A stretch of DNA of 64,000 nt from Zavarzinia compransoris (lineage in GTDB: Bacteria > Pseudomonadota > Alphaproteobacteria > Zavarziniales > Zavarziniaceae): the NCBI RefSeq assembly GCF_003173055.1, contig NZ_QGLF01000001.1, positions 5,085-69,084 of the forward strand, written 5' to 3'. The number at the start of each line of letters is the position of its first letter. Positions within the stretch are counted from its first letter, which is position 1. Shown here piece by piece: positions 1 to 8,253 of the stretch. The notes under the pieces were generated by a model that saw only the letters and a list, made by a program, of their open reading frames with translations, was not told where the DNA came from and made no database searches. Position numbers and translations under genes: made by a program.

Positions 1-180
1 TATTTGACGATCGGCTCGACGATCTCGAGCGGTTCCGGCACCAGCGCCCGCAGGGCGTCCGGGTCGGTCCGGTAACTGATGATGACATATTCGCGGTCGA
101 TGAAGCGATAGGGGCCCGGCGGATAGGCCGGGTTCGACAGCGGCATGGCGTAAGCGCGGCGTACGTCTCTGGCTTTCATG
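1..180 (-). CDS. adc: acetoacetate decarboxylase, N-terminal part (gene continues beyond window start)
   Basis: Reverse-complement translation from ATG at 180: [59 protein letters not shown]. This matches the conserved ADC N-terminus (PAFPRGPYKFhNREY..YRTD.DALR.VVPEPLEI) recalled from Clostridium Adc. Confidence 0.75.
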
Positions 181-202
181 GTCTTCCCGATCCCGTGTTC
201 TT

Positions 203-274
203 TCCGAAATCCCTGTCGTGTCCGAAATTCCCGGCGGGTCCGAAATGCCCGTCGTATCCGAAATTCCCGTCGTA
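203..274. repeat. 4 tandem in-phase 18-bp direct repeats (TCCGAAAT-N-CC-Y-G-K-CG-K-R) in the adc upstream region
   Basis: Units at 203-220, 221-238, 239-256 and 257-274: tccgaaatccctgtcgtg / tccgaaattcccggcggg / tccgaaatgcccgtcgta / tccgaaattcccgtcgta. They generate the spurious PKFP-repeat ORF at 195..380. Confidence 0.8.
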
Positions 275-404
275 CAGGCGCGGCGCGGCCGGCCGGCACA
301 TCGGCGGGACCGCAGTCTTTCTCGCCGGTGCCTCTAGCTCATCGCTTGATTTGAAGCACAGCTACGTTTCAAGAAAATGATGGTAACTGGTTATGTGTGA
401 ATAA

Positions 405-458
405 ACTTGTCATAAATCTTATTTCTGATCTTGCGTGTCACTGTCATTTTTATGTCAG
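405..458 (+). promoter_or_regulatory. Pho-box-like PhoB binding sites upstream of pstS
   Basis: AT-rich region containing cTTGTCATaaatCTTATTTctg and CTGTCATttttATGTCAG. These are 7-bp direct repeats with 11-bp periodicity, matching the Pho box consensus CTGTCAT-N4-CTGTCAT, and lie ~140 bp upstream of the pstS start. Confidence 0.6.
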
Positions 459-600
459 GCAATCGGACTATTAAGCGAAAAAGAATATTTCGCCGGCCGA
501 GTTTTCAATTCGGGCGGTATTGAGCCTGACTGTCCCTGGGGGCTGGTCGGGAATTCCATTTCTTTTCGCGTCTGCGTGTATTCGAAAAGGGGGAACTCCA

Positions 601-1686
601 GTGGAATTTTTCGATCGCCTTGCGGGCAAAGCCCTGGGCAAGGCTGCCCGGCTGCTCGGCGCCGTCGGGTTCGCCGCCATGGCCTTCGGCGCCGCCGCCG
701 AGGCCGAGCCGATCCGCGGTGCCGGCTCGACCTTCGCCGCGCCGATCATCAACCAGTGGTCGCGCGACTATGAAGCCCGGCGCACGGACGGCGGGGATTT
801 CACCTCGCCGGACTGGCGGGTCGACTATGAGCCGGTCGGCTCCCTCGCCGGGCTCATGCGCCTCGCTCAGCCGGAAACCGACTTCGCGGCGACCGACGCT
901 CCCCTGACGCCGGAGGAGCTTGCCAAGCGCGGCCTGGTGCAGTTTCCGATCGTCATGGGCGGCATCGTCGTCGTCGCCAATCTCGACAATGTCGGGGCCG
1001 GCCAGCTTCGCCTGTCCGGCCCGGTGCTGGCCGACATCTATCTCGGCAAGATCGGGACCTGGTCCGATCCCGCCATCAAGGCGCTGAACCCCGGGCTCGA
1101 ACTGCCCGACGCGGCGATCGCGGTGCTGCACCGCCTGGACGGCTCGGGTTCCACCTTCACCTTCACCAGCTTCCTGTCCGAGACCAGCCCGGAATGGCAG
1201 GGCAAGCACGGCGCCGACACGCTGATCGCCTGGCCGACCGGCCGCGGCGAGAAGGGCACGGGCGGGCTGGCGGCGCTGACGGCGGCGACCCGGAACAGCA
1301 TCGCCTATCTCGAATACGGCCAGGTCGTCCGCTCGGGCCTGCCGTTCGTCTCGCTCCTGAACCAGTCCGGCGCCTTCGTCCGGCCGGAACCGAAGTCGTT
1401 CCAGGCGGGGCTGGCCACGGTGGCCTGGGATCCGGCGCGCAGCTTCGTCGCCGATACCACCAACCTTGCCGGCGAGGGCGCCTATCCGATGGCGGTCGTA
1501 ACCTATGCCGTGGTGCCCAAGGATCGCGGGCAGGGGCGGGTCAACCGCGTGCTCGACCTGTTCCGCATCGCGTTCCGGCAAGGCGCGGACGAGGCGGCGG
1601 CCCTCGGCTACATCCCGGTTTCCCCGGAACTCGCGGACCGGATCGAAGCCTATTGGGCCACGAGTTTCGGCCTGGCGAGCAATTGA
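601..1686 (+). CDS. pstS: phosphate ABC transporter substrate-binding protein PstS
   Basis: Start assigned to GTG at 601 with SD aaGGGGGAa 6 nt upstream, giving a signal peptide (KAARLLGAVGFAAMAFGAAAEA). Conserved PstS motifs present: GAGSTFAAPI..W, DAPL..EEL, FPIVMGGIVVVAN, LDGSGSTFTFTSFLS. Tool ORF 520..1686 is in the same frame. Confidence 0.8.
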   Translation: MEFFDRLAGKALGKAARLLGAVGFAAMAFGAAAEAEPIRGAGSTFAAPIINQWSRDYEARRTDGGDFTSPDWRVDYEPVGSLAGLMRLAQPETDFAATDAPLTPEELAKRGLVQFPIVMGGIVVVANLDNVGAGQLRLSGPVLADIYLGKIGTWSDPAIKALNPGLELPDAAIAVLHRLDGSGSTFTFTSFLSETSPEWQGKHGADTLIAWPTGRGEKGTGGLAALTAATRNSIAYLEYGQVVRSGLPFVSLLNQSGAFVRPEPKSFQAGLATVAWDPARSFVADTTNLAGEGAYPMAVVTYAVVPKDRGQGRVNRVLDLFRIAFRQGADEAAALGYIPVSPELADRIEAYWATSFGLASN

Positions 1687-1810
1687 AGCATCGGGCCGCT
1701 AAAGCATCGTCCGGCGATGCGTGAGGCCAAATATTTAGAGCGTGTTAGGAACGAAAACCGTGCCGAACACGCCCTAAATCCACCTGAAGCCGACAAGAAC
1801 GGGTGATCTC

Positions 1811-3538
1811 ATGGAAATAGATATCTTCAAGGATGTCCTGGTGCCGGTGATCGGCGGCCTGGGCATCTTCATGCTCGGCCTTGAATTCATGGCCAACGGC
1901 ATCCAGGCCCTGTCCGTCAACAAGATGCGGGCGTTCCTGGCCAAGGCGGCGGGCACGCCGGTCAAGGGCGTGCTTGCCGGCACGCTCATCACCGGCGTCA
2001 TCCAGTCGTCGACGGCCATGACCGTCATGGTGGTCGGCCTCGTCAATGCCGGGGTCGTGGCCTTGCGGCCGGCGATCAGCGTGATCATGGGCGCCAATAT
2101 CGGCACGACCCTCGGCAACGGGCTGATCGCGCTGCCGCTGGGGCCGCTCGGGCTCATCCTCGGTGGCACCTTCGCGCTGGTCTACTGCTTCGCGAAGAAC
2201 GAGAAGCTGCGGAACATCGCTCTGGCCTGCATGGGCTTCGCGCTCATCTTCTACGGCCTCAACCTGATGACCGGCGGCCTGCGGCCCCTGCGCAACCTGC
2301 CCGAAGTCATGGAACTGCTGCAGACGCTGCAGGCGGATTCCTACTTCGCCGTGATCAAATGCGTGCTGATCGCCGCCGGCGTGACGGCGATGATCCACTC
2401 GTCGTCGGCGACCATCGGCATCGTCATGGGCCTCGGCGCGGCCGGCATCCTCGACTGGAAGACGGCGATCGCCTTCTCGCTCGGCGCCGATCTCGGCACC
2501 ACCATCACTTCGTGGATGGCGTCGCTGAACCTGTCGAAGAATGCCAAGCGGGCGGCCTATGCCCATATTTCCTTCAACATCATCGGGGTCTGCATAACGA
2601 TCCCGATGTTCTTCATCTCGATCTCCCTGCTCGAATGGGGCATGCAGTGGTTCGGTGGCGATCCGGCCGTTCCCGTGGTCGTGAACGGCAAGGAAACCTT
2701 CCCCCTGGTGCCGGTCGCGGTCGGTCTCTATTCGACCGTGTTCAACATCTTCAACACGCTGTTGCTGTTCCCCTTCGTCGGCGTGTTCGAACGCGTGCTC
2801 TCGCGCATCGGCCGCACCGCGGAAGAGGATGTCGAGGATTATTCGACGCCGAAGTTCCTCGACCGCAAGCTCGCCAGCGACTTCGCCAAGGCCGTGCCGG
2901 CGGTCCAGCAGGAGACGGAACGCCACCTCCAGGCGGGCGCCATGTTCCTGAACATCGCGCGCGGCGACAAGAAGGCGCCGTCCGATCCGGGCGAACACTA
3001 TCTGGCCACCGATATCCTCAGCCGGGATATCCGTGCCTATACGGCTGAACTGATGAAGGAAGACCTGCCTTACGAGCAGCTCGACCTGATCGCCAGCCTG
3101 ATCGAGGAAGCGGACTTCACCGCCGCGCTCACCGAATCTCTGCACCAGGTGGCGCGTCGCGTGAAGCGCGAGCATTTCGGCAACCACGCCATGGCGATCG
3201 TGAACACCGCGCTCGACAAGCTCGATGCCTCGCTGCGCACGATCATGCCGACCTATGGCATCGCCGACCCGCAGATGCCGGCGGGCCATGTGAGCTATCC
3301 GAGCGTCGAGGACCTGCGCGCCAAGACCCTGGCGCTCGGTCCCAATGCCGGCGCCGGCGAGCGGGGCACCATCCTGGCCCTGCTCGGCTCGGTCGAGCGG
3401 GCGGAGATCCTGATCCACCGCATCGACGCCGAACGGAAGTCGGTCAACCGGGAAGGCGTGGTCGAGCGCGCGTCCCGGCAGGGCGGCCTGGGGCAGCCGG
3501 CGGTGCCGGGCGGCCTCAGCCCCGTCCCCGGCGAGTAA
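1811..3538 (+). CDS. Na+/phosphate cotransporter family protein with C-terminal PhoU-like region
   Basis: 575 aa. Duplicated Na_Pi_cotrans motifs (GIQSSTAMTVMVVGLVNAG; IHSSSATIGIVMGLGAAGIL), multiple TM segments, and a soluble C-terminal helical domain as in NptA-type proteins. Confidence 0.8.
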   Translation: MEIDIFKDVLVPVIGGLGIFMLGLEFMANGIQALSVNKMRAFLAKAAGTPVKGVLAGTLITGVIQSSTAMTVMVVGLVNAGVVALRPAISVIMGANIGTTLGNGLIALPLGPLGLILGGTFALVYCFAKNEKLRNIALACMGFALIFYGLNLMTGGLRPLRNLPEVMELLQTLQADSYFAVIKCVLIAAGVTAMIHSSSATIGIVMGLGAAGILDWKTAIAFSLGADLGTTITSWMASLNLSKNAKRAAYAHISFNIIGVCITIPMFFISISLLEWGMQWFGGDPAVPVVVNGKETFPLVPVAVGLYSTVFNIFNTLLLFPFVGVFERVLSRIGRTAEEDVEDYSTPKFLDRKLASDFAKAVPAVQQETERHLQAGAMFLNIARGDKKAPSDPGEHYLATDILSRDIRAYTAELMKEDLPYEQLDLIASLIEEADFTAALTESLHQVARRVKREHFGNHAMAIVNTALDKLDASLRTIMPTYGIADPQMPAGHVSYPSVEDLRAKTLALGPNAGAGERGTILALLGSVERAEILIHRIDAERKSVNREGVVERASRQGGLGQPAVPGGLSPVPGE

Positions 3539-3556
3539 CAGCCTCCAACAGTACCT

Positions 3557-3588
3557 GATGCACCGCGGTTTCCGGACCGCGGTGCATC
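3557..3588 (+). terminator. strong hairpin (12-bp stem) downstream of the Na/Pi gene, no U-tract
   Basis: GATGCACCGCGG-tttccgga-CCGCGGTGCATC. Possible factor-independent terminator or REP-like element. Confidence 0.3.
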
Positions 3589-3656
3589 GCTCCCGGGTGG
3601 ACCCGGATCCTCGTTTGTTAGAGTATTCGCGAGCCTCAATTGCGGGAGCCGTCACC

Positions 3657-4655
3657 ATGAGTATCGGTCTGATTGCGCTGCTGGACGATGTCGCCGCCTT
3701 TGCCAAGGCGGCGGCGGCATCTCTCGACGACGTGGCGGCGCAGGCGGCCAAGGCCGGCAGCAAGGCGGCCGGCGTCGTCATCGACGATGCGGCCGTCACG
3801 CCGCGCTATGTCACCGGTTTTTCCGCCTCCCGCGAACTGCCGATCATCGGCAAGATCGCGCTCGGCTCGCTGAAGAACAAGCTCCTGTTCCTGCTGCCGG
3901 CGGCCCTGGCCCTCAGCTTCCTGCTGCCGCAGGCGATCACGCCCCTGCTCATGTTCGGCGGTCTCTACCTTTGCTATGAAGGCGCCGAGAAGATCTACGA
4001 ATTCTTCTTCCCGCATGCCGCCCATGCCCATGAGGCCGAAATCGGCTCGGTCGACCTCGATGCGAAATCCTTCGAGGATGAAAAGGTCGCGGGCGCCATC
4101 CGGACCGATTTCATCCTGTCGGCCGAGATCATGGCGATCACCCTCGGCTCGGTGCCCGAGGCCGGCCTCGGCAGCCAGGCCCTGGTGCTGGCCATCGTCG
4201 GGATCGCGATCACCATCGGCGTCTACGGCGTGGTCGCGGCGATCGTCAAGGCGGACGACGTCGGCCTCTGGCTCGCCCGCCGCTCGTCTCCCGGGCCGCT
4301 GGGCGCGCTGCTGCGCGGGTTCGGGCGCGGTCTGGTGCAGGGCATGCCCTATCTGCTCAAGGGGATCGGCGTGCTTGGCACCGCGGCCATGGTCTGGGTC
4401 GGCGGTGGTATCATCCTGCACGGCCTGGAAGGCTATGGCTTCGGGGCGCTCAGCCACCTCATCCATGATGCGGGGGTGGCGGCGGCCGATGCGCTGCCCG
4501 CCGTCGGGGCGGGCGTCGCCTGGCTGGTCCAGGCCATCGGATCGGGCATTGCCGGCGTCGTGATCGGGGCGGCCGCGATCCCGGTGGCGAGCTATGTCGT
4601 CGCCCCGCTGTGGCGCCGGCTTGCCCTCTATCTGCCCGGAAAGCGCGCCGCCTGA
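3657..4655 (+). CDS. DUF808 (YedI-like) inner-membrane protein
   Basis: MSIGLIALLDDVAAFAKAAAASLDDVAAQAAKAG...ELPIIGKIALGSLKNKLLFLLPAALALSFLLP matches the DUF808 family pattern. Start ATG at 3657 is internal to tool ORF 3558..4655. Confidence 0.65.
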   Translation: MSIGLIALLDDVAAFAKAAAASLDDVAAQAAKAGSKAAGVVIDDAAVTPRYVTGFSASRELPIIGKIALGSLKNKLLFLLPAALALSFLLPQAITPLLMFGGLYLCYEGAEKIYEFFFPHAAHAHEAEIGSVDLDAKSFEDEKVAGAIRTDFILSAEIMAITLGSVPEAGLGSQALVLAIVGIAITIGVYGVVAAIVKADDVGLWLARRSSPGPLGALLRGFGRGLVQGMPYLLKGIGVLGTAAMVWVGGGIILHGLEGYGFGALSHLIHDAGVAAADALPAVGAGVAWLVQAIGSGIAGVVIGAAAIPVASYVVAPLWRRLALYLPGKRAA

Positions 4656-4703
4656 GGTCGGCCGGGCGGGGGCGGGCCTGACGTTCGCGCCCGTCCCTCC
4701 GCG

Positions 4704-5495
4704 TCACAGCGCGAGATAGCGCGCCCAGATCGCCTTGCCCCGGCGGTCGTAATCGTCCATGGCGGCGATCAGGGCGGAAAGTGCCGCGGGCGGGCACAGG
4801 GCTTCGGGCAGCAGGGGATCGCGCAGGATGGCGCGGATCGCCGCCCGGCCGGTCAGCAGGGATTCCGCCGCGGCCGCGGCCAGGGGCAGGTCGGGGAGGC
4901 GGGCGGCGCTGGCCGCCAGTGCCGCCGCCCGCTGCCCATGCGCCGCCTGAAGCGCCGCCACCGGCCAGAGGGCGGGAAAACGCGCCGTTCTGGCCTCGTC
5001 CAGCCCCGATGCCGCGACCACCAGCAGGTTCGGCGCGGCGTCGAGATCGCGCAGCCGGTCGCGGATCAGGGGGCCGCCGGCCAGATTGTCGGGCCGGGCC
5101 CAGACATTGGTCTCCGCCTCGACGAAACCTTCGAGATCGAGGGCGCGCATGGTGTGGCGCCAGACCGTGCGGTCGGCCCGGTCCTGCGGCCCGGCGATGG
5201 CCAGCAGCCAGCCCCCCGCCCAAGGCTGCCGCCGCGCCTCGACCCGGCGCCAGCCCTGGATGCGCTGCTGCAGGGGCGCCGCCCGGGCGCCGATCGTATG
5301 GCGCCCGCGATCCAGCGTCCGCACCCGCCCTTCCTGGCGCAGGCGGGTCAGCGCCGTGCGGATCGCCGTCGCTTCAAGGCCCAGCGCAGCGCCGGCCTGG
5401 ACCAGTTCCCCGGTCGAGAAATCGGGCGGCGCGCCCGTGTCCAAAAGATCGAGGATCAGGGCGCGGGCGCTGAGCGGCGGAGGATCGTGAATCAT
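4704..5495 (-). CDS. PaaX-family transcriptional regulator (phenylacetate-catabolism-type repressor)
   Basis: N-terminal wHTH (ARALILDLLDTGAPPDFSTGELVQAGAALGLEATAIRTALTRLRQEGRVR) plus a C-terminal PaaX_C-like domain. Start taken at MIHD (ATG at 5495). Divergent from an acyl-CoA dehydrogenase. Confidence 0.55.
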   Translation of the reverse strand: MIHDPPPLSARALILDLLDTGAPPDFSTGELVQAGAALGLEATAIRTALTRLRQEGRVRTLDRGRHTIGARAAPLQQRIQGWRRVEARRQPWAGGWLLAIAGPQDRADRTVWRHTMRALDLEGFVEAETNVWARPDNLAGGPLIRDRLRDLDAAPNLLVVAASGLDEARTARFPALWPVAALQAAHGQRAAALAASAARLPDLPLAAAAAESLLTGRAAIRAILRDPLLPEALCPPAALSALIAAMDDYDRRGKAIWARYLAL

Positions 5496-5532
5496 GTTGC
5501 TATAATTGTCCTTATGTGACAAATATCGCAAC
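5496..5532. promoter_or_regulatory. imperfect 15-bp palindrome overlapping an extended -10 (TGcTATAAT) in the PaaX/acyl-CoA-DH divergent intergenic region
   Basis: GTTGCTATAATTGTC-cttatgt-GACAAATATCGCAAC, arms 13/15 complementary. TATAAT at 5501-5506 with TG at 5498-5499. Candidate operator/promoter for the + strand gene at 5561. Confidence 0.45.
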
Positions 5533-5560
5533 AACGAAGATCGCGACGGGGAGAGAGAGA

Positions 5561-7183
5561 ATGTCCAGCATCAGGCCGCTGACCCAGCTTGAAACCCATG
5601 AGGTCTTCAACCAGCCGCCGCCGTTCGAGGGGCTCAATCTCTTCTCCGGCGACATCGCCCTGGCCGAGGCGGTGGCCAAGGCGGGCGGTGCCGTCCATGC
5701 CCCGCGGCTGGCCGCCCTCGGCGCCCGGGCCGGCACGGCGGAAGTGATCGACTGGGGGGCCGAGGCCAACCGCAAGACCCCCGAACTCGACACGTTCGAT
5801 CGCTATGGCCAGCGGATCGACGAGGTGCGCTTTCACCCCGCCTATCACGACCTCATGCATTTCGGCCTCGACAATGGTTTCGCCGCCGTCGCCTGGGACG
5901 GTTCGCCGGCGGGCCATGTCGGCCATGCGGCCATCCTCTATGTCGTCGGCCAGGCGGATTCGGGCACGATCTGCCCGATGACCATGACCTATGCCGCGGT
6001 GCCGGCGCTGCGGGCCGAACCGGCGGTCGCCGAGGTCTGGGTGCCGCGTATCACCGCCGGCCGTTACGACCGCGCCGCCCGTCCGGCCGCGGAGAAGGCG
6101 GGCGTCACCATCGGCATGGCGATGACCGAGAAGCAGGGCGGCTCCGACGTTCGCGCCAATACCACCAGGGCGGTGCCGGCGGGCGAGGAGGGCTGGTACC
6201 GGCTGAGCGGGCACAAGTGGTTCTGCTCGGCCCCGATGTGCGACGCCTTCCTGACCCTGGCCTATGCCGAGGGCGGCCTGACCTGTTTCCTGGTCCCGCG
6301 CTGGCTGCCGGACGGCGAGCGGAACGCGGGCTTTCGCGTCATGCGTCTCAAGGACAAGCTGGGCGACCGCTCCAACGCCTCGTCCGAGATCGAATATCAC
6401 GGCGCGCTCGCCCAGCGCCTCGGGCCGGAGGGGCGGGGCGTCGCCACCATCATCCAGATGGTGCAGCACACGCGGCTCGACTGCGTCGTCGGCTCGGCCC
6501 AGATCATGCGCGGCGCCGTGGCCCAGGCCCTGTGGCACACGGCGCATCGCTCGGCCTTCCAGCGCCGGCTGGTCGATCAGCCGGCCATGGCCGGCGTCCT
6601 GGCCGATCTGGCCCTCGAAAGCGAGGCGGCGCTGGCCCTCGGCTTCCGCCTCGCCCAGGCTTTCGACCAGGCCGATCCCGTCGCCCGCCTGCTCACCCCG
6701 GTGGCTAAATACTGGGTGTGCAAGCGCACCCCGGGCGTGGTCTACGAGGCCATGGAAAGCCATGGCGGTGCCGGTTACATCGAGACCGGCCCGATGGCGC
6801 GCCTGTTCCGCCAGTCGCCGCTCAATGCGATCTGGGAAGGCTCGGGCAATGTCATCGCCCTCGACGTGCTGCGCGCCATGACGCGGGAGCCGGAAGGGGT
6901 GGCTGCGCTCCGCGATTATCTGGCCGCACAGGCCGGCCGGAACGGCGATTACGACCGCTGGCTGGCCGCGATCGACCTCGGCGGCGTAACCGAGGGCAAT
7001 GCACGCCTGCTGGTCGAGCGCCTGGCCCTGGCGGCGCAGGCGGCGGTGCTGCTCGAATGGGACAATCCGCTGGCGGACGCCTTCTGCGCGCTGCGCCTGC
7101 GCGGCCGCGGCGGGCTTTACGGCGCTTTCGACGCCGATATCGACACCCGGTCGATCATCGAGCGCGCCATGCCCCGGGCCTGA
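5561..7183 (+). CDS. acyl-CoA dehydrogenase family protein (AidB-like)
   Basis: MSSIRPLTQLETHEVFNQPPPFEGLNLFSGD..., with ACAD middle and C-terminal domains (KWFCSAPMCDAFLTLA; GGAGYIETGPMARLFR). SD GGAGAGAGAGA precedes ATG 5561. Confidence 0.75.
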   Translation: MSSIRPLTQLETHEVFNQPPPFEGLNLFSGDIALAEAVAKAGGAVHAPRLAALGARAGTAEVIDWGAEANRKTPELDTFDRYGQRIDEVRFHPAYHDLMHFGLDNGFAAVAWDGSPAGHVGHAAILYVVGQADSGTICPMTMTYAAVPALRAEPAVAEVWVPRITAGRYDRAARPAAEKAGVTIGMAMTEKQGGSDVRANTTRAVPAGEEGWYRLSGHKWFCSAPMCDAFLTLAYAEGGLTCFLVPRWLPDGERNAGFRVMRLKDKLGDRSNASSEIEYHGALAQRLGPEGRGVATIIQMVQHTRLDCVVGSAQIMRGAVAQALWHTAHRSAFQRRLVDQPAMAGVLADLALESEAALALGFRLAQAFDQADPVARLLTPVAKYWVCKRTPGVVYEAMESHGGAGYIETGPMARLFRQSPLNAIWEGSGNVIALDVLRAMTREPEGVAALRDYLAAQAGRNGDYDRWLAAIDLGGVTEGNARLLVERLALAAQAAVLLEWDNPLADAFCALRLRGRGGLYGAFDADIDTRSIIERAMPRA

Positions 7184-7295
7184 CGGGACGGGCGCGCCTT
7201 CTCCCGGCGGCGGGCGAAAAGCGAAACTGGGCAAATTCGGCGCGCCACCATTTGACATGTGCAAGCGGCTTGGCTACACAAGCCGCTCCTGATGC

Positions 7296-7388
7296 GGAGT
7301 CGTGGCCGAGCGGCTGAAGGCGGCGGTTTGCTAAACCGTTATACGGGGTAAACCCGTATCGAGGGTTCGAATCCCTCCGACTCCGCCA
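7296..7388 (+). tRNA. tRNA-Ser (anticodon GCT), with long variable arm
   Basis: GGAGTCG-TG-GCCG..., anticodon stem GCGGT/ACCGT with loop TTGCTAA (anticodon GCT), long variable arm TATACGGGGTAAACCCGTATC, T-arm GAGGG-TTCGAAT-CCCTC, acceptor CGACTCC, discriminator G, CCA. Parsed by hand. Confidence 0.9.
7375..7388. repeat. attL core (direct repeat shared with attR at 19041-19054)
   Basis: ctccgactccgcca, identical at both positions. Confidence 0.7.
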
Positions 7389-7430
7389 ATTTTGCCAGTT
7401 TTACTGGCCTTCCCGCAGGGTTATGACGGC

Positions 7431-7453
7431 ACACCCGCCTAAAAACCCGCCTT
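7431..7453. repeat. candidate integrase arm-type sites (ACCCGCCT x2) near attL
   Basis: acACCCGCCTaaaaACCCGCCTtt. The same 8-mer pair occurs next to the int start (18889-18912) and inverted at 13093-13113. Confidence 0.45.
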
Positions 7454-7503
7454 TCCCGAAGTGATGGGATGCGATGGGGTAAGGCCCTGTGAGACGATGA
7501 AGA

Positions 7504-7528
7504 AAGCCGCCCTCGGGCGGCTTTTTGC
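7504..7528 (+). terminator. rho-independent terminator downstream of tRNA-Ser
   Basis: aaaGCCGCCC-tcg-GGCGGCtttttgct: GC-rich 7-bp stem followed by a T5 run. Confidence 0.7.
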
Positions 7529-7559
7529 TATGGGGCGTCGATGCCTTCGGGAGAGGACT

Positions 7560-7793
7560 ATGTTGCGCGTGACCTTCGAGGATGGTTCTGTGATCGAGTA
7601 CCGGGACGGCGAGGTGGTCGAGATTGAGAGCCACCCGCCCAGAGACACCCCAGCGGCGGGCTGGGTGCGCACGCGCGAGTATCCGCCGGAGTATCGACGC
7701 GCAACCCCGTTGAGCATCAACGTGCTGACGGTCGGGAAGCGGGTTCACACCGGCGGCGGCTTCGTCAAGGTCACGAGCATCGAGCGGGTCTGA
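7560..7793 (+). CDS. hypothetical protein (77 aa), first gene of satellite accessory module
   Basis: ATG at 7560 with GGAG 6 nt upstream. Product MLRVTFEDGSVIEYRDGEVVEIESHPP... has no recognisable domain. 4-nt gap to the next gene. Confidence 0.4.
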   Translation: MLRVTFEDGSVIEYRDGEVVEIESHPPRDTPAAGWVRTREYPPEYRRATPLSINVLTVGKRVHTGGGFVKVTSIERV

Positions 7794-7797
7794 GGTC

Positions 7798-8247
7798 ATG
7801 GCGAACGTGCCCAACAGCACCGGCAACGGAATCGCACCATTGGACCCGCAGCTTACCGGCAACGTGGGGCTGTACTACTGCTGCTATCGGCTTTCCCTCC
7901 TCGGGTGGAACGTCATGCCGACCGCGCGCAACGCCCGCGGGGTGGATATCATCGCCTACAGCCGGGACGCCTCCCGCTTCGTCGGGGTGCAGGTCAAGGC
8001 CCTGAGCAAGCGCAACCCGGTTCCCCTCGGGACCTCACTGGACAAGATCATGGGGGACTTCTGGGTGATCGTGAACAAGGTCGCCACGCCTACCCCTTCG
8101 GCCTTCATCCTCCTGCCCTCGGAGGTCCGGGAGCGCGCCCACCGCGGCGAGAAGGACGGGCGCGTGTCGTACTGGTTGCAGCCCGGAGACTATGAGCAGG
8201 ACCCGTTCCGCGAGGCATGGGAGCGGATCGGGCACGGGGGCGTCTGA
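7798..8247 (+). CDS. PD-(D/E)xK nuclease superfamily protein (YraN/UPF0102-like, Holliday-junction-resolvase-like fold)
   Basis: GNVGLYYCCYRLSLLGWNVMPTARNARGVDIIAYSRDASRFVGVQVKALSKRN matches the G..GE..A...L...G..IL.RN.R...GEIDLIA....LVFVEVK pattern of the YraN/restriction-endonuclease-like fold (D in VDII, Q-x-K in VQVK). Confidence 0.5.
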   Translation: MANVPNSTGNGIAPLDPQLTGNVGLYYCCYRLSLLGWNVMPTARNARGVDIIAYSRDASRFVGVQVKALSKRNPVPLGTSLDKIMGDFWVIVNKVATPTPSAFILLPSEVRERAHRGEKDGRVSYWLQPGDYEQDPFREAWERIGHGGV

Positions 8248-8253
8248 CGCTCG

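Noticed and set aside
203-274. Possible CRISPR array
   Set aside because: The units are 18 bp with no intervening unique spacers, and there are no cas genes in the window.
195-380. 61-aa [30 protein letters not shown]...
   Set aside because: It is generated entirely by the 18-bp tandem repeat array; the peptide is a repeat artefact, not a gene.
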